A DNA stretch of 64,000 bases from Setoptus koraiensis (taxonomy: Eukaryota > Animalia > Arthropoda). Positions 32,201 through 45,600 of this stretch are shown one piece after another; within the stretch, counting starts at the first letter, position 1, and each line of letters begins with the position of its first letter. The notes below the pieces were generated by a model. It searched no databases and had not been told where the DNA came from. It saw nothing but the letters and a program-made list of their open reading frames with translations. A program made the translations under genes and the position numbers. The stretch spans positions 1,426,001-1,490,000 of the forward strand of contig CM106585.1 of the NCBI GenBank assembly GCA_048013815.1, given 5' to 3'.

Positions 32201-35200
32201 TGAGTGACTCGCCGGTCATCGATCACTGCCTAGTTTTGGCGCTCTCTGTAGGGGCCTCTTGGCTAGGCTCGCCGGCCAAATGCAAGCTCGCAACGACAAC
32301 ACACAAACATTGAGAGCAAACATCGGACAACAAAGTGTGAGAGTGCTTACCAGCCAGCGCAACAAGGAAAAGCTTTGTTGCCGGCCCACATCCGACCATA
32401 TTCAACTACATCCAACGATGTCCAATTTTGTCCAACCATATCCAACCAAATCCAACCATACCCGACAATACCCAGGCCGTATCAGAATCAGTTTCGCGGG
32501 CACGGCACCGGCAACACCCGACATTGTTCACACCCACGATCGCCCCAGATAGCTTGGCTACAGAGAACAGCAGGTAATATGAGGTATTAATTAATTTATT
32601 CATTGCTAAATGCATAACATTTACTCGATGCGTATCACTGTTTGCAGTGCACATTAGCGACACGAGACACATTGTTTTTGTTTGTGCGCTAACAGTGGTA
32701 GTAATGGTTGCTTGTAATAATGGGCGCCTTTGGGGCGATTGTGGTCCCCCTCCGTTCAACAGAGTCTGTTTGACTGTGTTTTCAATCAATTCAAATGGAA
32801 GTTTGCGCTACATTCGCTAGATTTGCTCGTTGGCGCCAAACTCAACCGAACGACAACGGTCACAGCGGAACTGAACAGAGCTGAACCGAACCGAAAAAGA
32901 AATAAAATCACTTCACTAGATTGATTTTTCGCGCCACCTATACCTCTTTGTGTGCCCCACAACGAGTACAAACGTTGTGGCCCCCTATCAACCTGTCTAG
33001 GCTCTAGAGATCAGTTTAAAACTGCTGCATCTAAACTTGACATTAGGCAGTATTGGTGACACACGACACGAGGAAGAGGAAAAAGAGAAAGAGAAAGAAA
33101 AAAGAAAAGGCGCTGACTAAGAGAGAAAGTGTCACTACAGAAACAGAGCTTGCGCAATGCTCTCTTAACGACATTGGCCACATAGTGATAGTCCCAATGA
33201 AGTGGCCGCCATTCCCATTAGAAAGCTCGCCTACATGAGCTCGCCATAAACAAGCTAACCAAATCTAGCTCGCCATACACAACGAGCCTGACATGTAGAG
33301 AGCGAGCGAGAGAGGCGCGTCAAGGCGGAAACGGAAGTGCGCGAGCAAGCGTGAGATTGAGCTGAGCAAGTTGTGTGCCTTTTGTTCATCGTCTACATTG
33401 TGTGTGTGTGTGTGTGTGTTCACAATTGATGACGCAATCCATGCGCACAACAGACTGACCATTGTTTTAGCTGTAGTTGCCGCTGTTGTTGTTGTTGTTG
33501 CTGTTGTCGGAAATTATTGGACCAACATATAGCGGCATGATATACTGTGCTAACGGCACTTGGTCGCGCTACATTGCTCGCGATGAGTTTGTTGTTGTTG
33601 GTGTTGGTGGTGTTGTTGCTGCTGTTGTTGTTACGTGACTCAATTTACCGGGGGCGAATGCTCGCACGGACGAGCCCATTGCATCGGCCAGTTACACCGG
33701 GCCCAATCGATAGGTGGCGAGTGCGAGGACGAGTGTCAGTGATTTTAAACATCCTGCTATGTACCCTATGCACCCTGGTGGAGCTTGTCGTGGCCACGCT
33801 CCATGGCGTTCGCCCAACAATGATTTTAATGAACGATCCAATGAAAAGATGCACGCGCCAGTGATAAACGAGATAAACAAATATCCATTCGCCGCTAGAT
33901 AATTTGCGATATGATAACTAGACACACAAACAAGCTACTGGGCGCTTAAATAACAAATAATAACAATCATCATTCCATCGTTGAGTGGCCACAATCTGTG
34001 TGAAGTGGAGTCGGCGCAATTACCTAACAACCACGCACCATTTCACTCGGCCCCAATTGGCCGGCAGCGGCAACAACACCAACGAGCACTTGACCGCTTC
34101 ATGTTTGCCGTTTGCTCTCCTTTAAAACAAGCGCTCACGTTGGGCACCCTCGTACCTTGTCGAATTTGCTATATATACCGGTATATTGATCGCCATGCCT
34201 CTATCGAGAGTTTGTTTCATTACAGATTTACAGATTTACAGATTTAACTACACAACTGCTGTAGTGCTGAGGGACACTGGCAGCGAAACGAATGGCCAAT
34301 TGGCGCAACACATTCACACAAATCAATGTTTTGGCTCATTTCTATCATCATCATCATCGTGCTCTATTTGTGACGGGCCCACCCGACGGGCCCCAATGAG
34401 CGGGCGCACAAAACTTGAGAAATAAATTTCACCAATATGGCGCCAGTGGAGCCAGGCTAATGGTGCCACCACTTGTGTGCCAACGCACACTCGGACATTT
34501 CGGGCTTTTTGGGGCCACTCGGAATGGGGGCCCCAAATGTGCTGGCCAGGTTGGCGTCCGTGCGATCGTTATTGCGTGGCGTTCTCGTTCTAGTTAGCGT
34601 TTCGAGTTTGGTCGAGTTAGTTGTTATTTAGGGCGCCATGCAGCAGGTAGCCGGGCGAAAAAGAAGCGGCCAAAAGCCAGTTTAGCTTGGGGGCTTCTAC
34701 TCTGGATTGTGTGGCCGTGCTATATTTGTTATTTTAGTGTTATCTGTCTGAACTGAGCTAAACATGTGCCTAAACATTGCGATGAATCGGCGATAATCCT
34801 GGCTGGTGCCAGTGCGATAACCAGCATTATTTTATTATGTGTTGTGTGTGTCCGAAAGAATTCACTTGAAAATATTGGCCACTATATTAGGCGCAAGCTG
34901 TTTTCACACCCACTGACCACCAGTCTAACCAAACACAATTTCTCACACGACGACACCGAATAGCGAGCCGCTGCCCGTTGGTTCGGTTGCAGTGGGGCCG
35001 CTGGGGCCCAGTGGAAATTTAAATTGATCGCTGGCAATGGGCAGCGCTTGATGCCGACTGGTCCCGCTGGCTGTTTCGTGCTGGTGCCGCTAGTTGTTTG
35101 GTGGGTGATCGTAGTGTGCAATGATAACATTGGATATATGTTGCGTATTTTGTTTATCGCAACACCACCATAAAAGAAACGACCAAGACAAGACATCAAA

Positions 35201-35327
35201 GTTATGCAAGACACGTAGACCAGGCCCTCGTTTAGCCGCTATCTCGTTATATGGCGGCCAAGAAATGACGAGCTAGCGAGCGAGCGCCCCATTTGCATTG
35301 GAGGAGTGCGTTTGTTAAGCAAGACAA

Positions 35328-35360
<33 letters not shown>

Positions 35361-38300
35361 TTGCAATCGATAGAGCGGCCGAAATAGACCGGCCCGCTCG
35401 GGATAATTCGCCTGTGTGCGTCTGGCATAACCCCCGGGTATTAGTTAAATCTGTGGTATGGCGTTGAAACGAATTGAAGCGGAACAAAACGATTCAATTT
35501 GATTCGAAACGAAACGCAAAGAAAAGAAACATGTAAATTCTCACAATCGACAATGGCAAAATCAGCGAGCAGCCAGCTAGCAGCAATCTGATTGTTGTTT
35601 GAAATTGGCGCGTATGGGGGGGCCTTAATCAATTGTGTATTGTCAAAGGAATCGGCTCGCGAATATTAAGCGAGCGAGGCTCCCTCACGGGTCCTCATAC
35701 GGGCTCTATGTTTATGAGAGGCTCAATCTCGGCAACAGCAACCAGCAACGAAAGCCAACTAATGAGACCGCTGCAAGGATGACAAGTTGACTTCCTATTG
35801 TGTGTCGGCGGGCTGAAATTTAAAATTTTTGGCTTCTTCTTGACAAAAAGCAATCTCCGATTGGATGATGCCCGAGCGCAGTCTTTGCCAATATGCTCGC
35901 CTCCCCCACTCTTGTCTCGTGTAGCGGGCGCCATAGAAGGCAAGATTGCTAGCGCCTAACAAGAAATAAAGAAGCAATAAAGAAGAAGAAGATTTGCCTA
36001 TTACTGGCGACCGAGAGCGAGCAACGGGCAAAAAAGGGCCCCTTTCGCGCGCCCCCCCCCTCCAATCACCTAATCTGTTTAACAATGAAGGGATGATTTT
36101 ATTTTTATTTTTTCATTTTATCTCCGCCTGTACGCCGGCCCCAATGCCGTGTTGGTCGTAGTGGCGGTTGGTGGCGTTGCTGTTGTTGGTGTTGGTGGCA
36201 GTGTTGTTGTTGCTGTTGTCGTTGTTGTTGCTGTTGTCGTTGTTGTTGTTGGAGCTTGCGATGTCAAAGGAGAGTGGCAGTCATTACCAAGTAGCCGTGT
36301 ATGTACACTATGTATTCTGTCAGCGTTACTATTAGTATTATGTAAGTCGTAACAGTCGACAAGTGTACAAGTTGGCGTGCCCATAACACACTCACACAGT
36401 ATATGATAAGACCGAGTGTGTCGCCTCACTGTGTTGCCGAGACGTGAAGGGGATTAAAATTGATTTGTTGTTCAGCTTGTTACTATTAATACTGAGATTA
36501 GGCTAGCATGTTTACCGTGCCCTGGGTAGACTCGCTCAGAGTGGGCCGCTCGTCTCGTTGGCCGGCCTCGTGTCGCCTAGCCTGGCCCGGCCCGGCCTCG
36601 GCTGGCACAGACTGCACTTGAGACAGATAACGGGGTAGCGTCAATTGAATCATCTCCAGAGACAAGTTATAAAACTGCGCCGCACAAAGAAATCAAATAG
36701 AATCGAGTCCAAACGAATCGAATCCAAACGAATCGAATCAAATCAAATCAATTCGCGCGCGAGCCCCTCAAATGGAGAGAAGAATCTCAAAGAATTCTCT
36801 CCCTCTCTCCCTCTTTGCCGCTCTCTCTCTCTCCCTCTCTCGGCCCCATTCTGACATGCTGTTCAATTGTTAATGGTGGTTGAATCGGCCACACAGACAC
36901 ACACTGCGTTATTGTGTTGAATCACAACAACAATAACGCTCGCCCAGTGTGCGTGTAATAAAACAAGATCCGGATTTGCGCGCTCTCTATCCATCTATCT
37001 AATCGAATAGAATGAGGGCTAAGCATGGAAATGGGGATAAGAGGCGAAAAAGAAGTAGAACAAGCAAATCGAGTGGCAGCGCCAAGAGTCAAGTTGAGTT
37101 AGTTTAAGCCAGTTTGAGGCCTGCCAGCCGGCCCAGACAAGATGATGCTGGCTGTCATAGTGGGCGCGATAGCAGTGATGAACGCGCACACAGGTTGCGC
37201 CCGACAGCCGACAGAATAGACAAATGGACAAAATCGCCAATCCAACAGAATAGAGTTATGTAATGACGAGCCTACTGGGCCCAAACGAACGTATGTGTAT
37301 ACTGTAACACTGTGTCTACTATGTATATACATGAATGAGCATGAGGTCAAAAAGATCAGGCTTAAGATTAGCAATTTTTTCGTTTTGTTTTGTTTCCTCT
37401 TGTTTAGTCTTGTTCTGGTTGTTGTGCGCTGAAAAGACTCGAGAGTCTCGAGTCGAGACCATTGCACACAGTTGTTTGTTGGTTTTTTGTTTGTGTCTTG
37501 TCATGTCATGTTATTCTTATCCGAGCGAGTGACGACACACACGAATATCAGAGATTATTATTATCTGCTCTTTGTCGTCATAGTCTTACCGAGCTGTTTG
37601 TATGCGCTATGCAGATGCACAGTGTCTGCAACACATCACTGGGGCCCCAAGTGATGCCACGCCGGAAGTGACCGCTCATACATATTGCAGTGTCAGTCAT
37701 CGTGTCTATTAGCTGTTGAGTGGCTAGCATCTGCCAATGCTAATGCTCACTGTGTTGGCCGGCAATTGGCCAATTAGTCGCCTCACTCGCCTCGCAGATA
37801 TCGCTTATTTGGTAGCAAATAGTGCTCGCTCTCCCCCCTCCCCCTCGCAACACCCGCTATTTCAACTGCGTATTGTCCAGCCAACCAATCGATACCGATC
37901 TGGGGCCCCTGTTGGTCGGACACGGTCGCCAGTGAATGAAGCAGCGGCCCTTAGGGCACGATCAAGCCACAACAAGGAGCGCCCCCCCCCCCAACAGTGA
38001 GCGCACTAATGAATTGGTGTCCGCAAGCGCCATTTGTGTCGTTGTTGTCGCTGTTGTCGCTGTTGCCACCGTTGCCGCCGTTGCCGCTGTTGTTGCTGCT
38101 GTTGACGATAGTCAATCAGTGCGCAACTATCGGCGTCCAAATGTAACCATTGCCGCCCATTTAATCGATGATTTGCTGCTGGTTTGGGTGTTGCCAAAAC
38201 AATAATGACCAACGACTATCTATACCGATATCGAGGCGCCGAGCAGCGCCAAATTTGATGTGTTGGAGTCGCTGTTGGCATCGCTGCTGGGCCGAGATCG

Positions 38301-39911
38301 GGCCTCTCGATTGGATTGCAGCTCGGGAGAGGCAACACATTGATAACAAAGTCTAATTGTATCACAGCACTGCATTATTTGTATCACACACACACACACA
38401 CAAATGTCATTCTGTCTCGCTGGCGAGCTAGCTAAGCGACAGGCTGGCCGACTCTAGAATCCGGCGAGTCGGCTGGCGAGTCGGCTGGCCCTCTTATAAA
38501 TGGTTGCAAGGACAGCAAATTGTCTTGTCATCATTTGACATAATTTCATTTCAGTTCTGTTCTTCTCAGCTCTGTTCTTCTCAGCTCTGTTCTTCTCAGC
38601 GCGGGTGTGTGTGTCGCCTACGAAATGGGCACTGGCAATGGCGAGGGGAGGCCTCCTATCGGGTTCGATCTGGAGCTGGCTTGTTGCGAATGGGGCACAG
38701 TTAGCGTGTATTCGTTGCCCATTGTGTGTCTACATCAGTTGTTGACGGCAACAACAAGCCAAATCTATGATCTAGATTGGATATAGCGACAAATGGGCAG
38801 CGCGGCGAACGACTGGCAACGGGGGATATTGTCATGTGTGATAGGGACAAAGAGATGGGCAAAAAGGCAGCAAGACAGCAAGGCAAAAAGGCAAAAAAGC
38901 AAAAATGCATTGGCTAGCAAGGGACAATCTGATTCAGATTGTGATACTACTACTAACGCGCCAAGATTATCTCGCCTATTTGGGCAGGCGCGCTTAGCTT
39001 GAGAGCACAAGAAGAAACTCGCTTCTCTCGTTGGCAAAGACTCTTTGCTGATATATCCCCAGAATTGTCCATCAAGCTCGCTTATGATTGGCGCCAATCC
39101 CACAAAATCCCTCCCATTGGCTCCCATTGGTACCCATTGGATCCCATTGGATCCCATTGGAAGGATCCCCCGTTTTCTATATCTGTCTATGCTCTCTGTC
39201 TGTGTCTGTGCTGCTATTCGATAACATATCATCTCAGTGGCTGCTGGCCAGAGGGCGCTCCACTAATGGACATGTTATGAGACGAGGGGGGATTCTTTCG
39301 CCACAACAACTGAGCAGCCTGTCGCTGTGACAGTGCCACTGCGACAGTGTCACTGCCAGTGTCACAACAACATCAACAACCGCCGCCTACGCCCCACCAA
39401 CAATCAGCTGGTTGTCAGACAGCAACACCAAGCGGCCAACTCAACAACTCAACAACCAACAACCAACAACCAACAACCAACAACCAACAACCAACAAGCA
39501 GGTATTCATATCTTTGTTTTAGGCTCGGCTGTGTCTAACTACTGCTGGTAGTATTAGTAACTAGCGACCATCGTGCGATATGAGTACAATAATGGAATAG
39601 AAGATGAGCGAGCGTTCGGCCGGCTGGGACGTGCCCGGCGCGAGCCAATTGATGCAAAAGAAGCTTTAGTCGCGGCCCCTCCAATTATCTCGCTGGGCCT
39701 CATGGGCCAACAATCTTATGCGCGTCCCATGTGTGTGCTCTGATTATTGATTATGCAAGCCTGATCAATGATCGTCGGACCGAGGCACAGCTTGGCACAG
39801 ACGATATGACAAAACGTCATATCATTGTCAATTAACTGGCGCACGCTCATGCGATCGTTGCGCATGTATTTTCATTTTCCAAAATCAGCAGTCCCCGCAG
39901 CGACACCCGGC

Positions 39912-39970
39912 CTCACCTGTACAACGCAGGCCTCAATACTAATACAGGTGAGCTGTGTTAGTATTGAGGC
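39912..39970 (-). other. Compact dual-hairpin element containing TACTAAC and TACAG|GTGAG on the neuroligin sense strand
   Basis: 39930-39947 pairs with 39953-39970 (17/18 Watson-Crick); 39912-39921 pairs with 39943-39952 (10/10). The function is inferred only. Confidence 0.6.
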
Positions 39971-42399
39971 TACACAACACACACACACACAAGTTGTGTG
40001 ACACAACGCACGGCGGGCATTATCCGGGGCAAGATATTATTTGGTTGTGATTACGGTGATGGCAGCACTGGCAGGCGAAAGGAGGAGGAGGCGCGATTAT
40101 TTGATGACACAACCACGGCAAATATTTGTTTGTCTGGCTGTCTCACTGTCTGACTGTGTCGCCGTTTTGCACACAAAGACAGCCACGTCACTCGCCCAGT
40201 TACCTGAGCAGTTACCCGAGCGGTTACCTGAGCAGTTACGCGAGCCGAGTTGCCCGAACAAAAGAACAAGTGAGCCGCTGCCAATTTGCATATACCTGGC
40301 GCCCTATCTGGCCGTTTGATGCTGCCATGTATCAGCAGATCGCGCATGCAGGCGGCGTGCACCAAGTGGGCCCCATTATCATGGCGCCAGTTCGATTGCG
40401 AGCTGGGCCGAGCGCATAAATAAATGAGGTTCCCCCCCCCCTCACCCATATGTAACTGGTGTGTGTGTGTACTATTCTCTCATGGTGTGTGGGTAACAAC
40501 ATTCGCTGGCAACAAGCCAATGGCAAGACGAGGGAGCTTTAGTTGCACAGTTGGTTTAGTTGCGCAGTTGGTTTAGTTACAGAGTTGGTTTGGTTGCTCT
40601 AGTTACAGAGTCAATCCACAACAGTCTCGCCGGTTGCGGAGTCAATGTCTCGCCGCTGGTTGTAGGCGCATTACGATGCACGAGCATCATCATTCTTTTT
40701 GCAATGAATTATTGATGCTTCCCCCCGCCGTATCCAAATATTGTTGCACTCCATTTCATTGAGCCACCACGATGCACCCATGCACCCATACATTGATGCA
40801 CCCATGCACCGATGGGTATGCACCACAATGCTAGCTTGCCACTCAATGTGTGTGTGTGTGTCTCCGGGCAAGACAATATGAAATGAAAATGATCGCCATC
40901 ATGATGAGATAAATACGGCACAACTGGAGAGTTTAAATTTATTGAAACAGTCGAGAGGAAATTGTCACTGCAGATGAAATTTTAAATTTTTTACTTTATC
41001 TCAAGTGCGCTTATTGCAACTGCACACACCATAGTAGTACTACAACTGAACGCGAATAGCGTGAATATAGCGCCAATATTGGCAGCCTATCCCCCGTTAC
41101 AAGTACCTGTGCTGTGGGGCCCATCTTTTTGCCAGATAAACCGTGTCCCGTCTAGGGCGTGTGTCTCTATTTAGTGAATTGGACAGATAAGAACAATGAG
41201 CAAACAGTGTCAAGCTGTCTGAATAGTTGAGTCTCGAGTACCAGACTCAACTTTTATAAGGGCGATGGTTGTCAAGCGTCTTATCTACCTGTGTCATACA
41301 TGTCGTCGGCTGGCTGGCTGGCTTTGTGTATCAACTGCCACAACGGCTTGCTCTTTCCCTCTCCCTTGCATTGGGCAAGACCAGATCTGATCTGATCCGA
41401 TCCGATCTGGGCCTCAGATCGGATCGCAGCGAGAGGCACAGAGAGAGGCTGCCAACACTGACAAGCTCCCACGGTTTGCACGGTTTGTATTGTGTCAGCT
41501 GGTGTTCAAAAAACAAAAACAACAACAACAACAGCCAAGATAACAGCGTCTCACAACTAATACATTGTATATATGACGCAATGAATTAGTATGCAACAAC
41601 GAACAGCAAGCGGCCCACGATACAACGTGATATGATCGTGGGCCCCGTCAGCCATACCAACTACGATAACGAATGTCATGCAAAATACCATGGCAAATAC
41701 CATAGCAAATACTATAGAAAATATACCAACCAGCCATGTAATAACGCCGTATCAGTTTAGCTAGTGCCAGTAGCTGCAGTGAATGCCACCAGTTCCGGTG
41801 TTGGCGCTCAATTGGCGCCACTTGACATCAAGCAGTGTCACACGGGACAAGCTATAGCTGAGCAAATTAATTTTGCTTGTTGTTGGTGTTTTGAATTCAA
41901 ATTGAAATTTGTTGTTGTTGTTGTTGTTGTTGTTGTCGTCGTGGTGCTCTCGTTCGTTGTCACTCAATCTGATCTGAGGAGGCGCCTCAATGTGTATGTG
42001 CCAAGTATGTGGGCCCAATTAGAGCAACGCACCCACGCATACTCGTTGGCTGGTGAGCATTGAGGCACGACAGCATACAAACTCATTATTATTAAAGTTG
42101 CTAGTCGAAAGTTAGTAAAGTAAAACATTGCAAGCGAATATAATTGGTGCCATGCCACGGACGCCCCAACAGTCACGTTTGCCTGCTACCAAGCGATTAT
42201 AACTGAAGACAGATAACACAAAAAGTGATACCAGAAATACTGTAATTACATAATTGATTTTAGCTGGCTGATCACGTGACGACATAGGTGCTCGTTAGCT
42301 TGTCGAAAAGTGTTTTCGTGTTTGTTGTATGAATTCATCTGAAAACATATGTTTGCCGATGTGGGCCACGACAGATTGCCTCTCACATTGACACTCACA

Positions 42400-42480
42400 C
42401 TAGGATTCACTTTTACATTTACTTTTGCCTTCACTTTTACCTTTACTTTTACTCTTGCTTTTGCTTTCACTTTTACTTTT
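42400..42480. repeat. Degenerate hexamer repeat (TTCACT/TTTACT)
   Basis: Read directly from the sequence; yields spurious FT/KV repeat ORFs. Confidence 0.85.
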
Positions 42481-42557
42481 AAACGATTAACTGGCTGCCT
42501 CTCCCAGGGACACCCCTCTCCCTTATTGGCCGTTACTGGGCGCACCAGTTTGTATTC

Positions 42558-42569
42558 AGTTGTTGTTGC

Positions 42570-42609
<40 letters not shown>

Positions 42610-42632
42610 GCTGCTGCTGCTGTTGTTGCTGC
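42558..42632. repeat. (TTG/CTG)n microsatellite
   Basis: Read directly from the sequence. Confidence 0.95.
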
Positions 42633-45600
42633 TGCGATTTACAGTTGAATAAAACAACAACATTTCGACGACAACAACTTTTTGTCGCTGATAATGACGA
42701 CCGAATCGAACACGAGCACCTCGTGTTTGCAAAACAAGCTGCGCCCACATCAACAACAACAACAACAGATAATCATTAGCTTCACGTACCTCAATGGCTC
42801 CTCAGAGGCATGCCATTCGTTACAGCAAGTTGGGGTGTGAGCAACAACAACAGACAACTCACCTGGCTACACTAGGTCCTATGTATCATCATCGATACGT
42901 ACAACATACGCACTGACAAGTGAGCATTAATAATAATAATATTATACATGTAATAGATGGCTCTTTATCATTGTTAGCACTGTCACTGTCTCGCTGACGC
43001 TACACATTCCAACAAAAGCAGCCTGCAACTACCTTTATCCGCCTTTATCTATCTTTATCCTTCTTTATCTACCTTTATACCGAACGAAGTCGCCAAACAA
43101 TGGCAGCCTCTCGCTCGAAATGAGCAACTTAAATGTCAACAATCAACAACCTGGCGCCACTGTCAACTAGGCGCAAGTTCACGCGTGGATATCACTTCAC
43201 TCGGGTCGTGTGCTCTCGTGTCGTTTTACTACGTCGTCACAATGAGCACACACAACAAAGAGCTTGACAATTGACCACACAACAGGCCAACGCATTATCT
43301 AATCACTGCCCCATCGATGGTCACTAGCATTAGCTAATATCATTCAATTATCATGATGAATACAGTTGGCGATGAAATAATGTTCATGTTGTGCCCTTGA
43401 ATTTAATTGTATTTCCTTTTTAGTTGTGCGTGACTTGCAAAAAGATAGTTTTATCATCTTTGTGTTAACCGCTTCTTTTTAGTGAAACTTAGTTAATACA
43501 ATAATAATAGATAGCAAATTGACTTAATTGAGTTACCAGTAGCAAGCCAATGGACGGTCGTGTCGCCTCATGGCTAGATGGTAGCGAAACGAACAAATTC
43601 AATTCAGTCCAAATCAAATCTCGCACAAAACAAATTGAATAAAATGGTGCAAAATCGTGCCAGTGGTCAAGCCTGTAGCCGCTGGTCACTGTTGTGTGAG
43701 GTAAGAGCAAGCAAACTAAATGGAAAAATGAAATAAAATAAGATGAGCAGTTTCCTCGAAACGTGAACACCTAACGTGTTTGTGAGTGTATGTGTGCCAT
43801 ACGAAATGGGTATGCAACGACAACAAAACGATCACCATTTTAAGCTATCTGTTTTATTCGTTGTATATATTTTAGATTGTATCATCAATGAACTTTTCCA
43901 ATGGTGAGCATGATGATCAAACATAAAGCTGACTTTATTAGATCTGGCCAAACCAGAGAGCAGAGTAATGAGTTACAATCATCGCCAGTGGAATGGTGGT
44001 CGTCTTTTGGGGCCTCAATGTTCAAATGATGCCGCAAGTGAGGCACAAATTCGAATTGCGAAATGCATTCATTGGCCTCATTCGCTATTATCTATCTATT
44101 TTGAACCGTTAATGAATAAACATATAAACATATTAGTGCAAGTTATGCAACCGTGCCATACTTAACTGTGTGTCTATTCACATGAAGCGATTCTCTCATG
44201 TCATTAGCCTCATCCAGTGGACCCCATCAATCAAATACGTTCTGTATAGAGCGCAGAGTTTGTCACAATTCATCCGAAATTCACCTGGCACCCAAATAAG
44301 AATCAATCACGATGACAAAGCAAACACTGCACTAATGTTTGCTTTTTTCCAATAATACAATTTCGCTACGAGATGCTGCCATCCGCTATCTCATCCTATC
44401 CGTGCCTATCTGTATCCCCAAGGCTCTCTGAAAGGTGCCCTTGCCGCGCCATTGTTATTTTACCCGTCAGCCAATCACTAGAGATATGCACAGAAACAGA
44501 TTCACGGACATGTATGCATTTTATCCAAAATAAAAATCGCACATTTTATAGTTGTGTTAAAACAAGCAACTGACTGGATCATGTTTTAAAAATCCTATTC
44601 AAACTGCTCATCAATCATGGCCAAAATGACGCTGCAAAGTGCTCGCACGAGCCTTATATTGATTTTTTTATGCAAAAATGTGTGTCTATTTGGAGCTCAA
44701 CACACAATAATCAATTCAGTATTCAGCTCTGTCGGGCACATATCTAGTCTCGTATGCACCCAACCCAGAATAAATTTTATTTTAGGAACCCACTTCGAGG
44801 CGTCCCTAAACCTATGCAAAATTTATCTATTGTCAGCATGATTGCACCACAGTTCCGGTACTTATCCATTCACAAATAAACTGGCTGATATACACAAATC
44901 AACGACGAAAACCAAAATTGATCGACTGCTGTCAAATGGTTGAGGAATTTCACATGAAAATTCATTTCTCTCTGTGCTGATACTTTTCATTTTCGTTCAT
45001 GACAGATAATGCCTGAACATTGACGAAAGTATATGAATACATTAGCAGCGAGCAAGATTCTCTGACGGAAGTGAGCACCCACAAACAATTACTGTGTATA
45101 ACACATGTGTTATACAGGTAAGTGACACACAAGATCATCATGCTGATATCGTATAATGTGTGTTTCGTGTGCTTCCGGTTGATGTTATTGCTACGGGTGA
45201 TATCGCTACGATAAATACATGACACTAATATGTTGTGGAATCTAATTTAGTTGTGAGCTATTGAGAGAGGAAGTTCGTGATTAATTGTGACGAATGATGA
45301 GCAATAATAGCCTAGGTGGCAGCAGAAAATAAAAAATAAAATGGTGATCGTGTCTCGAAAAAAAAAACATTTACCACTTCCTGTTTGTAGCACTGCCTCG
45401 ACAAATATTATATTAGATATTATATCAGCTGACAAACTGCCAGGCTGATTGTTAGCTCTGCGGGATTATTCACGTTTCTTACCTGCGATATCCTACTCAT
45501 GATGCGTTCTGATTGAATACATCGAAAGAGAGTAAAGAGTGATTGATTTCGCCCATTTTATTTGCACTTTCGTCTTTGAGCCGCGTCTAGCATGAACAAA

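Noticed and set aside
41398-41426. Perfect 12-bp hairpin CGATCCGATCTG/CAGATCGGATCG
   Set aside because: It arises from a self-complementary GATC-based pentamer repeat and is too short for a pre-miRNA.
42856-42870. Strong CAG|GTGAGT on the neuroligin strand as a cassette-exon donor
   Set aside because: In the required phase an in-frame TAG lies just upstream, and there is no pyrimidine tract to support a ratchet point.
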